From UHGV virus genome UHGV-0211740: a stretch of DNA of 64,000 nucleotides; one strand, written 5' to 3'. Of the stretch, positions 57,701 to 64,000 are shown one piece after another. This DNA comes from a virus. Under the pieces are notes generated by a model. It did no database searches. It worked only from the letters and a program-made list of their open reading frames with translations, and was not told the DNA's origin. A program made the position numbers and the translations under genes. Within the stretch, counting starts at the first letter, position 1; the number at the start of each line of letters is the position of its first letter.

Positions 57701-57729
57701 TTGACAATGCACCATAATCATGGTAAAAT
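57701..57729 (+). promoter_or_regulatory. sigma70 consensus-like promoter
   Basis: TTGACA, 17-bp spacer, TAAAAT upstream of the tail chaperone gene. Confidence 0.45.
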
Positions 57730-57772
57730 ACACAAATATGGTGCACAACATGACTAATAAGGATGCTATAAA

Positions 57773-58246
57773 ATGGCTATAAACTTTAGACCTACAACAG
57801 AGATTGACTTAGCAGGGCACAACTTCGTGATCACCCACTGGGGGCCGATGAAGGCAATGAAAAACATGCCTAAGATTGGCAAGATTGTGGCTGTCCCGTT
57901 GGGTGCTATCGGTGGATCTATTATCTCAGGCGGTCAGAATATGGCAGAGGTCCTTCCTACTGCTCTGGCCTACCTGTTCCAGGAACTTGATGATAACTCT
58001 ATTGAAGAGTTATTTAAAATCTTGTTCGAAGATATTACTGTAGACGGTGTGGATAGGCTTAATCCCGATGTCGTGTTTGCAGGGCATCTGCTGGAAATGA
58101 TTAAACTGGCAGGTAAGGTTCTGGAGGTTAACTACGGCTGTTTTTTCACACAAGACGGTTTAGGAAGCCTTCTGGAGATGTTACAGCAGATGGGTATGAT
58201 TCAGCAGGTGAACAATCTGGATCAGACTCCGGAAGAGCAGGAATAA
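57773..58246 (+). CDS. tail assembly chaperone (upstream frame)
   Basis: 157-aa acidic protein immediately upstream of the tape measure gene; contains slippery TTTTTTC near its 3-prime end. Confidence 0.5.
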   Translation: MAINFRPTTEIDLAGHNFVITHWGPMKAMKNMPKIGKIVAVPLGAIGGSIISGGQNMAEVLPTALAYLFQELDDNSIEELFKILFEDITVDGVDRLNPDVVFAGHLLEMIKLAGKVLEVNYGCFFTQDGLGSLLEMLQQMGMIQQVNNLDQTPEEQE

Positions 58247-58506
58247 GCAAAGTTGTTGTGAGAGCCAGTGAGTGGGCAGCTAAGAATAGCTCACTTAACT
58301 GGTTCGACTTTCTTTGGTGTAGGGTGCTCAAGAACTTTAAAGGGGAAAATTTTGAATCGCTTAATCTTGCAGATATGGCGTATTTCCTCAAGCTCTGTGA
58401 GTATCTTGATATCGAAGAATTCCTAGATACCGTCCAAAACAGGGAAATGGAGCGGGAGCAGAAGGCTGCCGCAGCTGCTGCGAAAGCTAAGCGCAGGAGA
58501 GGATAA
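58141..58506 (+). CDS. tail assembly chaperone -1 frameshift extension
   Basis: The -1 frame is open from the slippery heptamer at 58141 through the annotated 58258..58506 ORF. Confidence 0.45.
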   Translation, partial: FFHTRRFRKPSGDVTADGYDSAGEQSGSDSGRAGISKVVVRASEWAAKNSSLNWFDFLWCRVLKNFKGENFESLNLADMAYFLKLCEYLDIEEFLDTVQNREMEREQKAAAAAAKAKRRRG

Positions 58507-58511
58507 TCTAA

Positions 58512-58547
58512 GGGCCGGATTCCTTTTCTGGGATCTGGCCCTTTTTA
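58512..58547 (+). terminator. putative terminator or attenuator hairpin
   Basis: GGGCCGGAT..ATCTGGCCC hairpin followed by TTTTTATT. Confidence 0.4.
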
Positions 58548-58560
58548 TTATGAGGAAAAC

Positions 58561-60900
58561 ATGGCTACAAATAAGATAGTTGCCACAACAGTCAACAAGA
58601 TTGGCTTTGAGATAGAGAACTCCTCCTACAAAAAAGCTGTAGAGAAAATTCGCAGTATCGGGAAGGAGTTCAGGAAACTGGGCGAGGATTTTAACTCAGC
58701 CAACCCCATGAGCAGATGGCAGGCAGTGGCTGTTAAAACTCAGCAGACAATGCAACGTGTTGCCAGACAGCAATCCCAAGCAAATGCTAAACTACACAGG
58801 GAGAGCGTTGCTCAGGCCAAGAAAGAGGCTGCAGTAAAGGCTGCAATAGAGCGCAGGGAGAATGCAAGACGTAAGCAAGCTGTAGGCAATCTTACCGCCA
58901 AAAACCCAGAGATGGCTAGGATGCGTAAGTTCTACCAGCAGCAAGCTAAAGAGGCCAAAAAAGCTGCCAAATCTGCACCAGTATCCTATGGTGGTTATAA
59001 GGCACCTAAGGCAAGAGTTCTTGCTAACGCCAAGTCTTTCAGATATATTCCCGGCAACCCTAACATGGGTGGGGTGGCTTCAGATCCTAATCTTGTGAAA
59101 GCCCAGACTGCTGCCATGAACCGTTATCACAGACAGCTAAGAAGGGACAGCAAGGCTGGGATGGATAATAGGCTTATGGCAGATCGTGAGGCAAGGAGAA
59201 CCCACCTCTACAACTCTGCGATAAGACTTTCTGCTAAATATGGTGCCGGATTCCGTGGCAGATTGTCTGGGTATTCGGAGTTAGAGTCCCGATTTGCTCG
59301 CGGGGAAATGAGTAAGTCAACCTTTAACGCCCACCTGTCTGCGTTGCAGTCTGGATTCAAAAGTGCCACCAGCCAAACTCTGACCCTCGGTGATGCTATG
59401 AGGGATTTGCGTAGATCTGTGATCAACGCTACAGCTGCGTATACAGCTTTTTCTGGATTTGCTGCAGTTAACAGATCCGGTCATATGATGGAGGGGGCAA
59501 GTGCTGCTCTTACTGCTGTTACTGGAGATCCAAACAAAGCCAACAGTGAAGTTGCGTTTGTCCAGCAGGAGGCTATGCGTCTTGGTTTTGACCTCAAGTC
59601 TGGTCTTCAGGGTTATTCTCAGATGGCGGTAAACGCCAAAAATCAGATGACAAACCAAGAGGTGCATGAGCTATTCTCTGCATACTCCCAATATGCTGCT
59701 GCTTACGGTGCCGATGAGGTAAAATACCAGCGCGGTATTATGGCAATCCAGCAAATGCTCGGTAAAGGGCAAGTAATGTCCGAAGAACTGAAGCAACAAC
59801 TTGCTGAAGCATTACCTGGTGCATACGAACCTTTTATCAAAGCTACCCAAGAGGCTTTTGGTCTTGCTGAGCTCTCCATGGATCAGTTCATGGACATGAT
59901 GAAAAAAGGTGAAGTTAAAACAGCCAAGATAATGAAGTATGTGGCTAAGTACATGAATGAGGCATCTGCAGCTGGTTATGAAAGAATGCAGAAGTCTAAC
60001 GTACTGGCAGAAAACAGACTGAAAACCTTCATCGAACTGTCCCGTCAGAAACTGTTCACACGTTGGGCAGATGAACTGACAGAGTTCTACTACACCCTGA
60101 TCCGCACAGGGGAAACTTTCCAGTTCCTATGGGACGCTTCTGGTGACTTTGTCAGCGGATTTGTGAGAGGTTTGAACTGGGTTGTTGGTGAACTAAACAA
60201 CACTATAGTTAAGATCCGTTTGTTTTTCCTTGAATGGGGAATTAAATGGGGGCTCATAACCGCCAAGACGAAGGAATATTCTGAAGAGATACATGACACC
60301 TTTAGCATGGCTAAATGGGCAGGGTATGCTGCTGCAATCATGCTGGTAGTGAACGCCCTTACAAAAGGGTTTGTTATGGCATCCATGCTTGTAAAAACAT
60401 TTAAGTTCCTCAGCAACCTGAGAGGTGCAGCTGGAGCTGCAGGTGCTGGTGCAGTAACCGCAGACGGCTCTGGAGGAGGAGCAGCCGGAAAAGGTGGTGG
60501 TGGCCTCAAGACACCTGGTGGCAAAGTTGGTCTGCTCGGTAAGCTGGGCATTATCGGTACAATACTAAGCGCCGGGGAATTATTTAATGACCGTTTCAAC
60601 CCGCTGAGTGAAAGAAATCAACAGCTGGATACCATCGGCGATATGATTCGTAAAGACATCATATCTGGAGGTAACGGGTTTGTTGATCCTCTAAGCACCT
60701 TGCCGGGAGGTACTCTTCCGTTACCAGGTGGCCCTGGTTTTGCTTCTCAGTTAAGAACTATGGAAATGCTACCTTTAGAGATCAGTGATGGTAAAATCAC
60801 GATTTCAATAGATGAGGGCGAGTTTAGCAAAATATTTGATGCAAAACTTGAGTGGGAGAACAGTAAAGATATCAACTTTATGTCCACAGATCTTTGGTAA
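58561..60900 (+). CDS. tail tape measure protein
   Basis: 779 aa, helical with Gly/Ala-rich segment (AAGAAGAGAVTADGSGGGAAGKGGGG), downstream of the chaperone pair. Confidence 0.75.
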   Translation: MATNKIVATTVNKIGFEIENSSYKKAVEKIRSIGKEFRKLGEDFNSANPMSRWQAVAVKTQQTMQRVARQQSQANAKLHRESVAQAKKEAAVKAAIERRENARRKQAVGNLTAKNPEMARMRKFYQQQAKEAKKAAKSAPVSYGGYKAPKARVLANAKSFRYIPGNPNMGGVASDPNLVKAQTAAMNRYHRQLRRDSKAGMDNRLMADREARRTHLYNSAIRLSAKYGAGFRGRLSGYSELESRFARGEMSKSTFNAHLSALQSGFKSATSQTLTLGDAMRDLRRSVINATAAYTAFSGFAAVNRSGHMMEGASAALTAVTGDPNKANSEVAFVQQEAMRLGFDLKSGLQGYSQMAVNAKNQMTNQEVHELFSAYSQYAAAYGADEVKYQRGIMAIQQMLGKGQVMSEELKQQLAEALPGAYEPFIKATQEAFGLAELSMDQFMDMMKKGEVKTAKIMKYVAKYMNEASAAGYERMQKSNVLAENRLKTFIELSRQKLFTRWADELTEFYYTLIRTGETFQFLWDASGDFVSGFVRGLNWVVGELNNTIVKIRLFFLEWGIKWGLITAKTKEYSEEIHDTFSMAKWAGYAAAIMLVVNALTKGFVMASMLVKTFKFLSNLRGAAGAAGAGAVTADGSGGGAAGKGGGGLKTPGGKVGLLGKLGIIGTILSAGELFNDRFNPLSERNQQLDTIGDMIRKDIISGGNGFVDPLSTLPGGTLPLPGGPGFASQLRTMEMLPLEISDGKITISIDEGEFSKIFDAKLEWENSKDINFMSTDLW

Positions 60901-60979
60901 TTAAACTATGTGGGGGGGCTCTGGCCCCCTTTATTTTATCAGTGTTGTAAAAACGGCTATTTTATGATACAATATCTAA

Positions 60980-61891
60980 ATGGTATCGGAGTGTCCTGGA
61001 GAGGTTATGCCAAGTAATATAGTTGATGAAAAAGACCTGTACAAGCCTCAAGAGGTTAAATCTCCAAAGGCTGAAAAGGCAGAGCAGCAAACTGAAAGTG
61101 ATGTAAAGTATACTATGTTTGTCAGCGGTCTTAACTACGGCGGTCGCAATATAGAGATGAAGGGTAAAAACTTCACTAACGACCTTGCCATTATCTTCGA
61201 TCAGGTTGAGAATTATTCTTTTAAACAAACGGTCGATAAGTCAGATTTTGCAGTAGAAGATAAGTCTACCCTGTCAGATCATGCAGTGGTTAAGGATGGG
61301 GTATTTTCTTTCACTGGTCGGGTAAATACATCCCCTCATATAATTTATGAGCAAAACTACATTGATAGAAACACTGACTCCAAAAACCCTGCAGCGTCTA
61401 TGCGACCTGGTGCGGCATTAGAAGCTTTGACAGAGATCATTAATAAGCGACAGTTGGTTTCTTTAGTTACCGAGGAGAGACTCCTTGAAAACTACATTAT
61501 AACCAGTCTTTCTGCCAACAAGTCTGTTGGTGAAGGTGCTGCAATGGTGTTTGATGTGGAACTTACAGAATTCCGCACATTCTACTTGAACAAGGTTGTT
61601 AATGCAACTGTATACAGCAATCCTAAGAAGGTCGGCAAGACTCAGCAAAAAGGTGCTGTCAACGATTGCAAGAATGGTAGTAACGTAGGTAACAAGAGAG
61701 ACACAGGGGCATTTGCAGACACCGCGTCCACAAATGCTGCAGAAGAGTGGCAGCCATACAAATCTATGATGTGGACAGATGAAAACGGTGTTACCCAATC
61801 GGCTGCAGATTGGTACTATCAGGAATATGGAAGACCTTCCACCATAGTCCCATCTGAGCAGGGAAACTACAACAAAGTTAACGGAAAATAA
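60980..61891 (+). CDS. putative tail/baseplate protein
   Basis: 303-aa ORF after the tape measure gene. Confidence 0.4.
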   Translation: MVSECPGEVMPSNIVDEKDLYKPQEVKSPKAEKAEQQTESDVKYTMFVSGLNYGGRNIEMKGKNFTNDLAIIFDQVENYSFKQTVDKSDFAVEDKSTLSDHAVVKDGVFSFTGRVNTSPHIIYEQNYIDRNTDSKNPAASMRPGAALEALTEIINKRQLVSLVTEERLLENYIITSLSANKSVGEGAAMVFDVELTEFRTFYLNKVVNATVYSNPKKVGKTQQKGAVNDCKNGSNVGNKRDTGAFADTASTNAAEEWQPYKSMMWTDENGVTQSAADWYYQEYGRPSTIVPSEQGNYNKVNGK

Positions 61892-61903
61892 GGGGAGCGT
61901 GTA

Positions 61904-62284
61904 ATGGAGCTTAAAGATTGGTGCGTAATCACCTTTGTGTGGGACATTGACGGCTTTCCTGATCAGACTATGCGTGTGGTTTTAGATAATGAAACCTATG
62001 AAATGCGTATGCAATGGAACGAGAGGGATGAGTCCTGGTGGTTATCTCTTGGTCCAGTAGGCGACAGTCCTTTAGTAACCAGAAAAGTAACAGCTTGTCA
62101 AGACATTTTAGACGGGCTGCATTACAGAGACGATTTACCGAAGGGTAGGCTAATGGCTCTGTCGTTTAAAGACGATCAATATTGGGGCAGGGTTGGAAGA
62201 TACAACCTTGGGGCCAGATCTGAGCTACAACTTGTATACGGCACCCCGGTTGATCTTTACAAGGAACAGCAAGGGTTAGACTAA
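61904..62284 (+). CDS. putative tail/baseplate protein
   Basis: 126-aa ORF. Confidence 0.4.
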   Translation: MELKDWCVITFVWDIDGFPDQTMRVVLDNETYEMRMQWNERDESWWLSLGPVGDSPLVTRKVTACQDILDGLHYRDDLPKGRLMALSFKDDQYWGRVGRYNLGARSELQLVYGTPVDLYKEQQGLD

Positions 62285-63288
62285 TGGCAGAGTATAGACG
62301 TAGAACATGGCGATTGTTGTTTGGTCGCCCTGTAGAACATGGCGGAAAATCAAAAACCAATATCCCAAAATCTGTTGAAAAGAAAGGAGAAAGTGATTCT
62401 GGAGTTTATGAGGTTAGCTCAGACACAGGTGCTGCCAATATAGAGTTCGACATACAAAAGGATAACACCAAAGAGCCAAACAAAGGCTATGTGATAGTTT
62501 ACAACCTGTCTGACGATACGGTTAACTATCTGGACATGCACCAAGCTGATGCTCTTGCAGTGATGTTTGAGGCTGGCTATGATAATGAGAACCAGTTGAT
62601 ATTCTCAGGAACTGTAGAGTTTGTTGAAGATAGGTGGGAAGGCCCGACTAGGAAAACTAAGTTCATCTTCGGAGACGGCACTGAGAATATCATTAAGTGC
62701 CAAAGCACCAGATCTTATCAGAAAGGCACACCTCTGGACTCTGTGCTTAATGACCTCCTGAAGGATATGAACTTACCAAAAGGTAGGGTTGTTGGTTTTG
62801 GAAACCAAACTTTGCAATACTCTATGGCTTTCTCTGGGAACACTGCAGAGAACCTCCGCAGATTTGCAAGACTGACCAACTCAACATTTAGCGTTCAGGA
62901 TGGGGCTTTGTATTGGACCAAGGTTGGGAAAAGGTTCAAGGACTCTGTATTTGAAATCAGTGCAGAGTCTGGGATGCACGGATCGCCCACCCCTAAAAAC
63001 CCAGAGCCTGCGAGAAAACGAAAAGCTAAAGCTGCTGCAAAAGGCGGTTCAACATCTAAAAAGAAAAAGAAAAACCCGAAAGAGGACGTTGGTCTTACCG
63101 TGACAACATGTCTTAACGGGGCTATCCTCCCAGAGTCAACCATCTATCTTAAGAGCAGGCAATATACAGGCTTCTACAAGGTGATCACAGTGCACCACAA
63201 GGGCACCATCGAAGGAGGTGATTACATTACAGAGCTTGGACTTGGGGAAGCTGTTGGTGGGGTTGTTGACAAAACTGAGGAGGTATAA
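62284..63288 (+). CDS. putative baseplate hub or tail protein
   Basis: 334-aa ORF, translationally coupled to neighbours. Confidence 0.4.
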   Translation: MAEYRRRTWRLLFGRPVEHGGKSKTNIPKSVEKKGESDSGVYEVSSDTGAANIEFDIQKDNTKEPNKGYVIVYNLSDDTVNYLDMHQADALAVMFEAGYDNENQLIFSGTVEFVEDRWEGPTRKTKFIFGDGTENIIKCQSTRSYQKGTPLDSVLNDLLKDMNLPKGRVVGFGNQTLQYSMAFSGNTAENLRRFARLTNSTFSVQDGALYWTKVGKRFKDSVFEISAESGMHGSPTPKNPEPARKRKAKAAAKGGSTSKKKKKNPKEDVGLTVTTCLNGAILPESTIYLKSRQYTGFYKVITVHHKGTIEGGDYITELGLGEAVGGVVDKTEEV

Positions 63289-63965
63289 TGGCAATAAACA
63301 GGAAAGATGCTGCTGTAAGATCCTTTATAGAAAAGATAATGAGGGACTACCACACCAGTATTAGAGCCAGAGTTGTCAGTGTAGATTACAGTATCCCCTC
63401 TGCAGCCGTGCAGCCAATAGCCGAAACCATGTTTGACGATGGGGATGTAGAAAGGTACCCTCTTATCTATGATGTCCCAATTCAGGTGATGTCTGCAAAT
63501 GGTGGTAAGGCAAGGTTAACACTTCCTATTAAAGCTGGTGATGTTGTAGGGCTGCAATTTTCAGAGAGAAATGAAAACAATAACGATGACCAGCAAACCC
63601 ACGGCCTGTTTCCAGGATGGGCTATCACCTCTGTTCATTCTGACTCTAATGCCTTGCAGATCGACCCTGATAATGTAGAGTTATGGAACGACAGGGTTTA
63701 TTTTAAACTAACACCTTCTGGTGATTTTGAGCTTCAAACACCGGGCGGAACATTACGGTGCGACAGTAGCGGGGAGTTTTCTTTTACTAACGGAGCTGCC
63801 AATTTACGCGCTGCCGTAGATGGGAATATTAGAATGAATGGTGCCACAATAGATCCGTCAGGTAGAATCATAACGGCTGCTGGTGTGGATTTGGATTCAT
63901 TCTATGCAGAATATAAAGGTCATACTCACTCTTGCCCTGATGGCGAGACCAGTGGACCGCACTAA
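63288..63965 (+). CDS. putative baseplate/spike assembly protein
   Basis: 225-aa ORF, translationally coupled. Confidence 0.4.
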   Translation: MAINRKDAAVRSFIEKIMRDYHTSIRARVVSVDYSIPSAAVQPIAETMFDDGDVERYPLIYDVPIQVMSANGGKARLTLPIKAGDVVGLQFSERNENNNDDQQTHGLFPGWAITSVHSDSNALQIDPDNVELWNDRVYFKLTPSGDFELQTPGGTLRCDSSGEFSFTNGAANLRAAVDGNIRMNGATIDPSGRIITAAGVDLDSFYAEYKGHTHSCPDGETSGPH

Positions 63966-64000
63966 TAGAGGGCTTGCATGGCTACGCTTTATAGTGATAT

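Noticed and set aside
1-64000. CRISPR array, integrase, repressor/lysogeny module, transposase
   Set aside because: No regularly spaced direct repeats with unique spacers and no recombinase or transposase motifs were seen; gene content indicates a virulent phage region.

Overview
This window reads as a slice of a large, probably virulent, tailed dsDNA phage of a Gram-negative (enterobacteria-like) host; no integrase or repressor is visible. From about 1.8 to 39.7 kb a dense minus-strand block carries nucleotide metabolism (NrdAB, NrdDG, glutaredoxin, ThyX-like, dNMP kinase, HAD nucleotidase, PhoH), DNA repair and recombination (ATP-dependent DNA ligase, flap endonuclease, RuvC-like resolvase, DEDD exonuclease, Endo VII/HNH nucleases), two orphan DNA methyltransferases, a lambda R-like endolysin, a Sir2 protein, an HPF homolog, a ClpP-like protease and many small ORFs including paralog families. 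A divergent control region (39.7-41.8 kb) separates an Rnl1-like RNA ligase (minus strand) from a P-loop kinase and a metallophosphoesterase (plus strand), followed by a four-site palindromic array and structured non-coding DNA. The plus-strand block then carries a cluster of six tRNAs plus one atypical tRNA-like gene, spanins, a terminase large subunit split by a group I intron with a homing endonuclease ORF, and portal, head, tail and tape-measure genes. The most notable candidates are the split kinase/phosphatase/ligase RNA-repair module beside the tRNA array, the intron in the terminase gene, and the operator-like palindrome array. All calls rest on motif reading by eye; no database search was run, and exact starts and the intron 3' boundary are approximate.
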